DNA of 64,000 bases from Dehalococcoidales bacterium. Its GTDB lineage: Bacteria > Chloroflexota > Dehalococcoidia > Dehalococcoidales > GCA-2688105. The number at the start of each line of letters is the position of its first letter. Position 1 is the first letter of the stretch. Both the position numbers and the translations under genes were made by a program. Below, piece after piece: positions 34,786 through 44,123 of this stretch. The DNA lies in contig NZBQ01000044.1 in NCBI GenBank assembly GCA_002688105.1, positions 719 through 64,718 on the forward strand. The letters are read 5' to 3'. The notes beneath the pieces are model-generated. The model worked only from the letters and a program-made list of their open reading frames with translations, made no database searches and had not been told where the DNA came from.

Positions 34786-35877
34786 ATGGCTACAGAGTAT
34801 CTTAAAGGGGTCAAGAAGGTTCGAATGGTGCAAAGTGCTGGCTCAGACGCAGAAAGGAAGATAATATCCATCCTTAAGGTCTTGAGTGAGTCATCTCAGC
34901 CACTTGGGTCAATTACAATTGCTCGCCAGCTTGAGCGCCATGGAGTTTACTTGAGCGAGAGAGCGGTTAGATATCACCTGAGAATAACCGATGAGCGAGG
35001 TTATACTCAGCCGCTAGGTCGGGATGGTAGAACGCTCACTCCACAAGGGCTTGAGGAACTCAAGATGGCACTGGCACCAGAACAAGTCGGTTTCATACTT
35101 GAGAAACTCGAGTTGTTGGCCTTCCAAACTACTTTGGACCCACAAAAACGAACTGGCCAAGTGCCCATAAATACTTCACTCATCGACGAAGATAAGTTTA
35201 AAAAGGCAGTAGCCGCTATGAGGGATGTATTCAAGTCTGGAATTTGTGTCAGCGAGCTAGTGGCCACAGCATCTGAAGGAGAAAAACTTGGTTCCGTGGT
35301 TATCCCAAGTGGGAAAATTGGCTTGGCTACTGTTTGTAGCGTGGTTATAAACGGGGTGTTTCTTAAGGCTGGTGTCCCCATGGACTCCAGATTTGGAGGA
35401 GTGCTCGAAATTAGGAATTCAAGGCCAAGGCGCTTTGTGGCCATAATCAACTACGCAGGTACATCCCTTGATCCCTCTGACCAATATATTCGCGCTAGGA
35501 TGACCAGCGTCAGCGAAGCTGCCAAAACCGGCAACGGCAAGATACTAGCTAATTTCCGTGAAATACCAGCTCTATCAAGAACAATTGTTGAGGAGAAGCT
35601 TGCTTTGCTCAAGGAGGCTGGCATTGGCGGCGTTTACGTCTTGGGTAATACCAGCGAGCCAATTTGCCAAATTGCGGTAGACATGAATCGCGTTGGTATG
35701 GTGTTACTCGGTGGACTGAACCCGGTAGCAGCAGCTGTCGAGGGTGGGATTGAGATTGAAAGCATAGCTGAAAGCGGACTGATTGACTTTCAGCAGCTAA
35801 TCAGCTTTTGGCAGCTCTATGATAAATATCTAATCGAAGGGGTTACAGCTTCTTCGATTTTGGGCGGTAAGCATTAG
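34786..35877 (+). CDS. nrpR: NrpR-like nitrogen regulatory repressor (winged HTH + NrpR/DUF128 domain)
   Basis: 363 aa. N-terminal wHTH ILKVLSESSQPLGSITIARQLERHGVYLSERAVRYHLRITDERGY. Last gene of the glutamate synthase operon, with no separate promoter seen. Confidence 0.7.
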   Translation: MATEYLKGVKKVRMVQSAGSDAERKIISILKVLSESSQPLGSITIARQLERHGVYLSERAVRYHLRITDERGYTQPLGRDGRTLTPQGLEELKMALAPEQVGFILEKLELLAFQTTLDPQKRTGQVPINTSLIDEDKFKKAVAAMRDVFKSGICVSELVATASEGEKLGSVVIPSGKIGLATVCSVVINGVFLKAGVPMDSRFGGVLEIRNSRPRRFVAIINYAGTSLDPSDQYIRARMTSVSEAAKTGNGKILANFREIPALSRTIVEEKLALLKEAGIGGVYVLGNTSEPICQIAVDMNRVGMVLLGGLNPVAAAVEGGIEIESIAESGLIDFQQLISFWQLYDKYLIEGVTASSILGGKH

Positions 35878-35994
35878 GATGGAAACAGTCATATCTTTGC
35901 GTAGAATGCGGCAGAGGTCAAAACCACTCAGTTTCGGGAGCATCACATCGAGAACAATCAACTTTGGCTTTCCCCTTTTTCGTACTTTATATAA
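35833..35994 (-). pseudogene. response-regulator receiver-domain remnant (internal fragment only)
   Basis: Minus-strand frame reads KPKLIVLDVMLPKLSGFDLCRILRKDMTVSILMLTAQN. It has a stop upstream and no start codon, and lacks the N-terminal DD and the C-terminal Lys/effector domain. Overlaps the last ~15 codons of nrpR antisense. Confidence 0.7.
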
Positions 35995-36075
35995 TTAAGC
36001 GACCTATTTGTGGCGTAGAGTAAACTAAGGTGCCAAAAGTTCTAGAAACGTGGTTTGGAAAGGCGGGGGATAAGC

Positions 36076-37407
36076 GTGGCTGACATTTGTCCCTTCCGGG
36101 GCATCCGCTATAATCAGCGACTGATTACAGACCTTTCTAGAGTGATTTGTGCTCCCTCTGATATTATTACCACTAAAATGCAAAGGGACCTATATCGCCA
36201 GAGTGAGTATAATTTTGTTCGTCTGGATGCCTCTCTAAGGTCAGCCAGTGATAAGAGCGAAGATTCAAGGTGGCAGCGAGCTGCCGCCACTTTGGAGGAC
36301 TGGCTGGATAAGGGAATCCTTCAGATTGATGAGGTCCCGGCTATCTACCTCCATGACTATTACTTTACCTATCTTGGTAAGGAATGCATGCGCCGCAGCA
36401 TAATTGCTTTAGTTCGGCTAGAGGAATGGGATAGGATGATTGTCCGGCGTCATGAAAAAATTCTCCCTGAACTCTATAAAACACGATTGAGTCAGGTAAG
36501 AATGATGAAAGCGGACACCAGTCCGTTACTGGCTTTCTTCGAAGACCAGGGAGGACGGGCCTCCTCACTGTTATCCACCGCCAAGCTGGGCAGACCTATA
36601 ATTAAAATTAACTTGAGGAGTAATGCTGATAGTAGACACATTATTTGGGCTATTACTGAGCCTAACCTCATCGGTCAGATGTGCGATAGCTTAGCTGAAA
36701 AGCCACTTTATATTGCTGACGGACACCATCGTTATGGAGGCGCTCTGGCTCTGTGGGCTGAGAGATATGCCTCATGCCCATCCATGTCTAGAGATGACCC
36801 CTTCAGTTTTGTAATGATGGAATTGTTCTCGGCTTCGGATCCGTGTCTGATTGTCCGGGCATTTCACCGTTTGGTTCGTGGTATACCAGAGCCAGTTTTA
36901 GGCGGGCTACTTACGGAACTTATGGCATTCTTTGAGGTAGAAGAGTGGCTATTGGATAAGTCGGATATCTGGCAGAAGGTCGATGTTTTACTGACCAATA
37001 TAGACCCAGATAAGCCGGATGAAGTTGTCATGGTGCTTTTCGGTTTAGCCAGTGACAGGCTTTTCGTGCTGAGGGTAAATGACTTTGCTGCTACAAGTAG
37101 GGCGATGCCTGGCTCTCAATCTGAGGTTTATAAGAGATTTGCCGTTAGTATTGCCGATCAGATCATAATCAGGAAATTACTTCAGATAACCGGGAGCAAG
37201 AGGGAAAAACAGCTCGCTTTCAGTCTTGATAGACGCGATGCGGTACAAAAAGTTTCGGGGGGCAGATATCAGCTAGCCCTTCTTCTGCAGGCAGCTAGAC
37301 CAGAGCAGATAATAAGTATTGCTGATGCCGGCGAAACAATGCCTGAGAAATCAACCCGTTTCTACCCCAAACCCCCCACGGGTTTTGTCTTCTACCGAAT
37401 GGTATAA
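36076..37407 (+). CDS. DUF1015 family protein
   Basis: N-terminus ADICPFRGIRYN is typical of DUF1015. GTG at 36076 follows SD-like aaaggcggggga. The track start, TTG at 36055, is also possible. Confidence 0.75.
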   Translation: MADICPFRGIRYNQRLITDLSRVICAPSDIITTKMQRDLYRQSEYNFVRLDASLRSASDKSEDSRWQRAAATLEDWLDKGILQIDEVPAIYLHDYYFTYLGKECMRRSIIALVRLEEWDRMIVRRHEKILPELYKTRLSQVRMMKADTSPLLAFFEDQGGRASSLLSTAKLGRPIIKINLRSNADSRHIIWAITEPNLIGQMCDSLAEKPLYIADGHHRYGGALALWAERYASCPSMSRDDPFSFVMMELFSASDPCLIVRAFHRLVRGIPEPVLGGLLTELMAFFEVEEWLLDKSDIWQKVDVLLTNIDPDKPDEVVMVLFGLASDRLFVLRVNDFAATSRAMPGSQSEVYKRFAVSIADQIIIRKLLQITGSKREKQLAFSLDRRDAVQKVSGGRYQLALLLQAARPEQIISIADAGETMPEKSTRFYPKPPTGFVFYRMV

Positions 37408-37412
37408 AAGGC

Positions 37413-38387
37413 CTATTTCTTGGTCAAAGGGCTATTCACGGGATACTTAGCTGGTCTTCCATTAAGCACGTCAACAGTCTGCTCGGCTACAATAGTAGCG
37501 CCGGCAGCCTGAGCCTCCATAGTGGAAGCGGCCAGGTGGGGTGTGTGGATTATGTTCTCACCCCTGAGCAGAACGCATTCAGTAGCTGGCTCCTCACAAT
37601 AGACATCAATAGCTGCCCCGGCGATTTTCTTTTCGGCGATTGCTTTAGCCAGTGCCTCTTCATCGACCAGTGCTCCCCGAGCACAGTTAATGATACGAAC
37701 TGTGGGCTTGACCAAAGCCAGCTCTTTAGCTCCAATTAGTCCTATGGTTGAGGCGGTTAATGACAGGTGGAGAGTGATAAAGTCTGCTTCCTTGAGCAGT
37801 TGTTCCAGAGAAACAAGTTCCACCTGCAGATTACGGGCATAGTCAGTGGAAACACAGGGGTCATTGGCGATGAGTTTTATTTCAAAGGCATGAGCACGTT
37901 TGGCTACTTCCGCTCCTATTTTACCCAGTCCGATTATACCCAGGGTCTTGCCTCTGAGCTCTGTTCCCATAAACTCGCTCTTAGCCCATACTCCCGACTT
38001 GAGCTTACCATGCGCCTGAGGAATATGGCGGACCAGAGCCAGCATCAGCCCAAAAACATGTTCAGCAACGGCAATAGTGTTAGATGTCGGTGCGTTTACT
38101 ACCAAGATGCCTTGCTTTGTGGCTTCATTCACGTCGATATTGTCGACACCAGCGCCAGCCCGGGCAATTACCTTAAGATTCTTACCCGCGCTTATAATCT
38201 CAGCGGTGACCTTGGTCTGGCTGCGTACTATCAACGCATCATAATTACCGATGATAGATTTAAGCTCCTCAGGCTTTAGACCTGACTTGACATCTACCTC
38301 AGCCTGAGCTTTATCAAGGATGTCTAGACCTTCCTTAGAGATGCGGTCGGCTACTAATATCTTCATCATCATGTCTCTCGTGACCAT
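37413..38387 (-). CDS. serA: D-3-phosphoglycerate dehydrogenase-like 2-hydroxyacid dehydrogenase (short form, no ACT domain)
   Basis: 324 aa. NAD motif IIGLGKIGAEVAKRA. Catalytic region NCARGALVDE..TPHLAAST. An alternative start is MKILVAD at 38363. Confidence 0.8.
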   Translation of the reverse strand: MVTRDMMMKILVADRISKEGLDILDKAQAEVDVKSGLKPEELKSIIGNYDALIVRSQTKVTAEIISAGKNLKVIARAGAGVDNIDVNEATKQGILVVNAPTSNTIAVAEHVFGLMLALVRHIPQAHGKLKSGVWAKSEFMGTELRGKTLGIIGLGKIGAEVAKRAHAFEIKLIANDPCVSTDYARNLQVELVSLEQLLKEADFITLHLSLTASTIGLIGAKELALVKPTVRIINCARGALVDEEALAKAIAEKKIAGAAIDVYCEEPATECVLLRGENIIHTPHLAASTMEAQAAGATIVAEQTVDVLNGRPAKYPVNSPLTKK

Positions 38388-38388
38388 G

Positions 38389-39816
38389 CTACCTGCGCTT
38401 CAAATCTATCAGACTGTCGATGAGTCCATCTACCAGAGGCCTGGCTTGCTCTTCAGGCAGACAGTATTGCATCTTGGTGAACCTTTTTCTAAAGTCGGAG
38501 ACCTGCTGAGAGACGTCTTTTTCACTAAGTATCACCTCTGCCATATATCCCGCCAACTCTTTGAAATCTTCTTCCTTCATACCAAACCGTGTCATCTCCT
38601 GAGTGCCTATTCTTAGGCCACTGCTGGAGGTGAAAGCTTCGTCATCGGGTAGGCCCTGGTAGTTCACTATGATATTATTCTTCTCTAACCTATCGGCAGT
38701 CTCTATTCCCTTACTGTAGCCTACCCGTAAGATAACCTGGTGCGTCTCGGTGTAATTGACCTCAGGGTCTCCTTCTACCTGCAGTCCTTGTTCTTTTAAA
38801 GCTATGGCGAAGGCTTTGGCATTAGCAATTACCTGCCGCTGGTAGTCGCGCCCGTAGGTATTCATCTCGTAGGTTGCCATCAACAGCCCTAGTAACGTGC
38901 CGAGGTGATGGTTACTCACGCTTCCGGGAAAAGCCCTTCTTACTATACTTTTCCACAGGTCAAAGTAATCTGTTCCCTTACTCATATTGCTGGCGACTAT
39001 CCCTCTTTGCGTACCGAAGAAAGTCTTGTGCGTTGAAGCGGTTATAATGTCGGCTCCTTCCGTCAAGGGCTCTTGGAAGTAAGGACCGAAGAGACCTAAA
39101 ACATGGGCTCCATCATACATAATTATCGGCTTCGGTTTTATGCCAGCTATCATTTGTGATATCTTTTTAACCGGCTCGCGGTGCAGCATCATGCTCTTGC
39201 CAAAGATAATGAGTTCCGGCTTGTGTTGCTCGATAAGTTTAGCTGTCTCAGGGAGGTCTATCTGGTACGGGTTATCTGCCAAAACAGGAAAGTTCACCAC
39301 CGCCCGTCTTTCCGTGACGGGGTCGATTGAGACATAGTCTCTCAGTCCACCCATCGGCTGGGCGCTTAAATGTCCCCCCTTGCCGATATGATGGTTCATG
39401 ACACTTCTAAATCTTCTGGGCTCCATTTTTCTGCTAACTCTATTTAAATAATCCAGGACACCGCTGAACACAGTAACATTAGCCATCTGTCCACTAATCA
39501 GTCTGGTTTCTACTTCAGAGCAACCCAGGAACTCCTCCATCCTTTTGACTAGCTCCAGTTCTACCTCGGTGATGAACCATGTTCCTTGATAATAATATAC
39601 CTCGGTATCTCCTAGAGCCTTAACTTTTTTGTGCTCCGCATATCTCCCAGAAGGGTCGGTTATGCTCAGCAATCTTACCAATGGCGACATAGTTTGCTCG
39701 GATGGTATGAGGTTGACAGCATTTCTTTGTCTCCATACGGTATTGCTGCGGGCTTTTTCCACTAAGTCCCTGGCTAGATTTTCCAGTGATTCTTTGAGTT
39801 TCGTAGTATCAGACAT
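38389..39816 (-). CDS. glyA: divergent serine hydroxymethyltransferase family protein
   Basis: 475 aa. NLIPSEQTMSP. PLP-Lys motif STHKTFFGTQRG. Longer than, and divergent from, the canonical ~415-aa bacterial GlyA. Confidence 0.7.
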   Translation of the reverse strand: MSDTTKLKESLENLARDLVEKARSNTVWRQRNAVNLIPSEQTMSPLVRLLSITDPSGRYAEHKKVKALGDTEVYYYQGTWFITEVELELVKRMEEFLGCSEVETRLISGQMANVTVFSGVLDYLNRVSRKMEPRRFRSVMNHHIGKGGHLSAQPMGGLRDYVSIDPVTERRAVVNFPVLADNPYQIDLPETAKLIEQHKPELIIFGKSMMLHREPVKKISQMIAGIKPKPIIMYDGAHVLGLFGPYFQEPLTEGADIITASTHKTFFGTQRGIVASNMSKGTDYFDLWKSIVRRAFPGSVSNHHLGTLLGLLMATYEMNTYGRDYQRQVIANAKAFAIALKEQGLQVEGDPEVNYTETHQVILRVGYSKGIETADRLEKNNIIVNYQGLPDDEAFTSSSGLRIGTQEMTRFGMKEEDFKELAGYMAEVILSEKDVSQQVSDFRKRFTKMQYCLPEEQARPLVDGLIDSLIDLKRR

Positions 39817-39818
39817 CT

Positions 39819-41075
39819 TTACTCCTCGGCTAACATTGGGTAGGCATATGGGGCGGCTTCGCTGCCTATATGCATCTTGACAATTACTCCCTCAGCGGCT
39901 TTGTCTCTGATGACAACTTTTGTTCTTTGGCCTTCATTCAGGTCGGCATCAAGGTATGTCAGACATATTGCTCTCCTGCCGAATTCAGTACCAAGCTTTG
40001 ATTTGGTGCCCATACCTTCTATTTTCCAGTAGGGTATCATGGTACCGCTGGTCACACTACCCACCAGATTTTTTCCCACATAGACCTGGCAGCCGGCTCT
40101 GGCTATACCACTATTAGTTAGAGACATGGGCATTATCACTCTGGGAACTAATAGCTTCTTCTTGGGCTTGTCGAGCTGGTCTGTCAGTCTCAGTTTGATT
40201 TCCTGAAACTGTTTCATTAGTATTTTTCGTCCGATATACTCGCCTTTGTTGCCGCTGAAGCTCACCGCAGGTCTTGCCACGGGCAGGGCAAACAGCGGGA
40301 TGTCCTTTCCCTCGGTATCGATGCCAAGCTCGTGACCATATAGTGGAAGACCAGCTTCCAGCCTCAAAGTATCTCTAGCCCCTAACCCGATAGGTGCGAT
40401 GTTTTCTTTCTTACCGGCTTCTAAGAGCTTGTTCCACAGAGGTATGGCTATTTCGGTGGGCGGGAACAACTCGAAACATATCGGCTCGCCGGTATATCCG
40501 GTCCTGGCTATAGGCACCCTGGTACCGAATATCTCAGCAGTGGTCAGACTATTTCTTACTGGCTCAGGAAGTTTTTGAGTATCCCCCAGGATTACTTTGA
40601 GTACTGCTTTGGCTCTTGGCCCCTGCAGCGATAGCATAGCGATTCCGGCACTATGGTCTTCTAAGATTAATCTGGGGAATTTCGGCTGGTACTTTTGTAG
40701 CCATGCCCAGTCCTTTTCTATGTTCGTCGCATTAACCACCAGGAGATATTCGTTTTCATCTATTCTATAGAGGTAAGTATCATCAACCGCCCCTCCGCTC
40801 TGATTCGGTATTATGGTATATTGAGATTGTCCCGCGAGCAAGGCGGCGGCATTGTTAGTCAAGGTGTATTGCAGGAAGGGCGAAGCATCTTGGCCACTTA
40901 TCCGGAATCTGCCCATGTGAGAAACATCGAAGAGCCCGCCAAATTTCCTGGTTGTCAGGTGTTCGGCAAGTATCCCCGGCGGATAGTTAAGGGGCATCTC
41001 CCAACCACCAAATTCAACCATTCTGGCCCCTAGCTTTAGATGTTCTTCATATAGCGGAGTGCGTTTCATCTTCAC
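39819..41075 (-). CDS. gcvT: aminomethyltransferase (glycine cleavage T protein)
   Basis: 418 aa. RTPLYEEHLKLGARMVEFGGWEMPLNY and GLFDVSHMGRFRISG are typical of GcvT. No gcvH or gcvP nearby. Confidence 0.85.
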   Translation of the reverse strand: MKMKRTPLYEEHLKLGARMVEFGGWEMPLNYPPGILAEHLTTRKFGGLFDVSHMGRFRISGQDASPFLQYTLTNNAAALLAGQSQYTIIPNQSGGAVDDTYLYRIDENEYLLVVNATNIEKDWAWLQKYQPKFPRLILEDHSAGIAMLSLQGPRAKAVLKVILGDTQKLPEPVRNSLTTAEIFGTRVPIARTGYTGEPICFELFPPTEIAIPLWNKLLEAGKKENIAPIGLGARDTLRLEAGLPLYGHELGIDTEGKDIPLFALPVARPAVSFSGNKGEYIGRKILMKQFQEIKLRLTDQLDKPKKKLLVPRVIMPMSLTNSGIARAGCQVYVGKNLVGSVTSGTMIPYWKIEGMGTKSKLGTEFGRRAICLTYLDADLNEGQRTKVVIRDKAAEGVIVKMHIGSEAAPYAYPMLAEE

Positions 41076-41252
41076 TACCTCAATCTAGGCTAATTAACAT
41101 TGAATACAACGGCAAGCGAGAGCCCATTTTCTGGATGGCTCTAATATAACAGAGCAGTTAGTCTTTGGCAACCGTCCTTAGCTCCGGTTTATCTCTTCGA
41201 TAATACCGAGACCTTTGACCCTTAATTCAAGCAACAACCCGTCTCATTTGCC

Positions 41253-42719
41253 TTAGCCTTTTATCACACCTATGGGTCGGGTTCTAGCGATAATACGAGA
41301 GATGCCGGCGTTATGCGCCACATCAACCACGGTGCTCACATCCTTGTAAGCCTGGGGTGCTTCCTCAGCGATGTTTTTTAGGCTGTCGGCCCTGATGGTT
41401 ATGCCCCGGGATTCAAGGTCCTTGAGTACCTCTTCACCCCTGAGCTGGCGCTTGGCAGCAGCGCGGCTTTTGACTCTACCGGCGCCGTGACAGGTGGAAC
41501 CGAAGCTCTCTTTCATGGCTTGTTCTGTCCCTACCAGTATATAGGAAAATCGTCCCATGTCCCCCGGGATAAATACCGGCTGACCAATGCTGGCATATTT
41601 GCGGGGAATATCGGGATGACCGGCAGGGAAAGCCCTGGTTGCCCCTTTGCGATGCACACAGAGCTTTTCCTGCTTCCCATCCACTTGGTGCTTTTCTATC
41701 TTGGCAATGTTGTGGGCAACATCATAGATAAGCTCCAGCCCGGCGTCCTTTTCACGTCTCCCCATCACCTGGCAGAAGGACTCTCTTACCCAGTGGGCGA
41801 TGCACTGGCGGTTAGCCCAGGCATAGTTGGCGGCGCATCTCATCGCTGCCAGATAGTCCTGTCCCTCCCGGGAACCAATGGGCGCACAGGCCAGTTGGCG
41901 GTCAGGTAAGTCAAGGTTATACTTCTTCATGGCGGTCACCATCTGCCCGATGTAGTCGCCAGCTATTTGGTGACCTAGCCCCCGGGAGCCGCAATGGACA
42001 AGCAGTATAACCTGTCCTATCTGGTCGATGCCCATACCCTTGGCAATAGTCTTGTCATGTATTTGGTCAATTACGGCTACCTCGAGAAAGTGGTTCCCTG
42101 AGCCTAAAGTGCCGAGTTGAGGGGTGCCGCGCTCTTTGGCTTTTCGGCTGACACAGGCAGGGTCAGCGCCAGCCATCTCACCACCTTCTTCGGTAGTCTC
42201 CAGGTCATCGGGTCGGCCATATCCCTTCTCTACTGCCCAGCGTGGGCCTTTGACCAATACCTCATCGATTTCTTGGTGGCGTAGCCTGATTTTACCCTTT
42301 GAGCCAAGCCCCGAAGGTACACTCTTATAGAGAGCATCCACCAGTTCCTTTATCCGGGGGCGGACCTCAGACTCCAGCAGGTTCGTTCGCAGCAGACGGA
42401 CACCACAGTTAATATCAAAGCCGACGCCTCCCGGTGATACTACGCCGTCGCTTATCCTCATCGCCGCCACGCCTCCGATAGGGAAACCATAGCCCCAGTG
42501 AATATCGGGCATAGCTAGAGAGTAACCCATAATCCCGGGCAGAAAGGCAACATTAGCCACCTGCTCCAGCGCTTGTTCTTCCAGTATTTCATTGAGCATT
42601 TCCTTACTGGAGAACATCAACCCGTCAACTCGCATCCCGGTCTTATAGCTTTTTGGTATGCGCCACCGGTAGTCGTCCACTCTTTCCAACGGTCCTGTCC
42701 ACCGACTCATATTCCTCAC
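41253..42719 (-). CDS. rtcB: RNA 3'-phosphate/2',3'-cyclic phosphate ligase RtcB
   Basis: 488 aa. GFDINCGVR, GTLGSGNHFLEV, HCGSRGLGHQ and the guanylylation region STCHGAGR. Confidence 0.95.
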   Translation of the reverse strand: MRNMSRWTGPLERVDDYRWRIPKSYKTGMRVDGLMFSSKEMLNEILEEQALEQVANVAFLPGIMGYSLAMPDIHWGYGFPIGGVAAMRISDGVVSPGGVGFDINCGVRLLRTNLLESEVRPRIKELVDALYKSVPSGLGSKGKIRLRHQEIDEVLVKGPRWAVEKGYGRPDDLETTEEGGEMAGADPACVSRKAKERGTPQLGTLGSGNHFLEVAVIDQIHDKTIAKGMGIDQIGQVILLVHCGSRGLGHQIAGDYIGQMVTAMKKYNLDLPDRQLACAPIGSREGQDYLAAMRCAANYAWANRQCIAHWVRESFCQVMGRREKDAGLELIYDVAHNIAKIEKHQVDGKQEKLCVHRKGATRAFPAGHPDIPRKYASIGQPVFIPGDMGRFSYILVGTEQAMKESFGSTCHGAGRVKSRAAAKRQLRGEEVLKDLESRGITIRADSLKNIAEEAPQAYKDVSTVVDVAHNAGISRIIARTRPIGVIKG

Positions 42720-42722
42720 CCA

Positions 42723-43133
42723 CTAGACATCGAAGATAACCTGGACCCGGTTTTTCTCTCCGTCTACCTTTAGCATGTGATAGGTGGCTGATTTCACCCC
42801 CAGTTTCAAATGGTGCCGGGAGGGATTATATGTTTCCCCCCGGCAGGTAGCCTTGAGGTTATGTCCCGTAAATTCGGTGATGTCAAATCTTTTAAGTAGA
42901 AGATGTTCCACATCAAAGATATAAATGAGATGGTTAAGCCACTCAAATAGCAGACTCTCAGCGTCGCCGGCACTTACCGCTACCGAGCGTGACTCAACCT
43001 CTCTCACCTTATTGAGTTCAGTGATGATTGAGAAAAGTCCATAAGCCGCATTGGCGAATGCCTCCGCCAGGCTACTGCCGTAAGCCACCAGTCCGGTATC
43101 AGCGGTGTGCTCAATTAGTTGGAACCGCTTCAT
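42723..43133 (-). CDS. archease (RtcB activator)
   Basis: 136 aa. N-terminus FQLIEHTADTGLVAYG. 3-nt gap to rtcB. Confidence 0.9.
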   Translation of the reverse strand: MKRFQLIEHTADTGLVAYGSSLAEAFANAAYGLFSIITELNKVREVESRSVAVSAGDAESLLFEWLNHLIYIFDVEHLLLKRFDITEFTGHNLKATCRGETYNPSRHHLKLGVKSATYHMLKVDGEKNRVQVIFDV

Positions 43134-43139
43134 CTAAAT

Positions 43140-44123
43140 TCACCCGAGTCCGACCTTCTCCTTGACGACAGTCATGGTTTTCTCAGCTAGCGGTCGGATT
43201 CTGGAGGATCCTTCGGTGAGCACGGAGTCAAGGTAGGTTGGGTCAGCGGTAAGTTCCTGATAACGAGATTGTAAGGGGCGTAGGCTGTCAACGATTATCT
43301 CCGCCAGCTCTTGCTTGAGGTTGACATATCCTTTCCTTTCAAACCGTGCTTCTATATCGGGTCTGCTTAGCCCGGTGAAGAGTTCATAGATAACCAGCAG
43401 GTTATAGATTCCCGGGCGGTTCTCATCGAAGCGAATCTCGCGCAGTGAATCGGTAGTAGCCTGCATAACCTTGGCTCGAATAGTATCAGATGGGTCAAGC
43501 AGATTGATGGCATGCCCCGACCCTGCCTCGCTCTTGCTCATTTTAGTAGTGGGGTCGTCAAGCCCCATGATACGGGCGCCGGTCTCGGGGATTAGTGGCT
43601 CCGGCAGCTTGAAAGTCTCACCATAGATTGAGTTAAATCGCTGGGCAATATCCCGGGTAAGCTCCACATGTTGTTTTTGGTCTTCACCCACCGGCACGAT
43701 GTCCGTATTATAGAGCAGGATATCGGCAGCCATAAGTGCCGGGTAATCAAAAAGACCGACGCTAACTTGCTCCTTCTGTTCTTGTAATTTATCTTTGAAT
43801 TGAGTCATCCTCTGCATCCATCCCATAGGGGTAAAACAGTTAAGAATCCAGGCTAGCTCAGTGTGAGCGCTATTGTGGGATTGGATGAAAACGGTGGATA
43901 GTTTAGGGTCTATACCAGCGGCAAGTAGCAGACCGGTTACCTCGCGTATTTTTGATTTTAAAACATTAGTTTCCTGGGGGACAGTGATGGCGTGCAGGTC
44001 AACAATACAAAAGACGCTGTCGAGTTCAGTCTGGGAGGCTACCCAGTGCTTAATTGCCGCCAGGTAGTTTCCAATATGGATGTCGCCGGTTGGTTGAATG
44101 CCGGAGAATACTCGTTTTTTCAT
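43140..44123 (-). CDS. trpS: tryptophan--tRNA ligase
   Basis: 327 aa. HIGH-type motif PTGDIHIGNY. KMSKS present (TKMSKSEAG). Confidence 0.95.
   Translation of the reverse strand: MKKRVFSGIQPTGDIHIGNYLAAIKHWVASQTELDSVFCIVDLHAITVPQETNVLKSKIREVTGLLLAAGIDPKLSTVFIQSHNSAHTELAWILNCFTPMGWMQRMTQFKDKLQEQKEQVSVGLFDYPALMAADILLYNTDIVPVGEDQKQHVELTRDIAQRFNSIYGETFKLPEPLIPETGARIMGLDDPTTKMSKSEAGSGHAINLLDPSDTIRAKVMQATTDSLREIRFDENRPGIYNLLVIYELFTGLSRPDIEARFERKGYVNLKQELAEIIVDSLRPLQSRYQELTADPTYLDSVLTEGSSRIRPLAEKTMTVVKEKVGLG

Noticed and set aside
41076-41252. Looked for a glycine riboswitch upstream of gcvT (minus strand).
   Set aside because: Only loose resemblance was found (..UCGAAGAGAUAA..GGAGCUAAGGACGG). The conserved GGAGAG and CACCGAAGGGGCAA blocks are absent. 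A cmscan with RF00504 would settle it.
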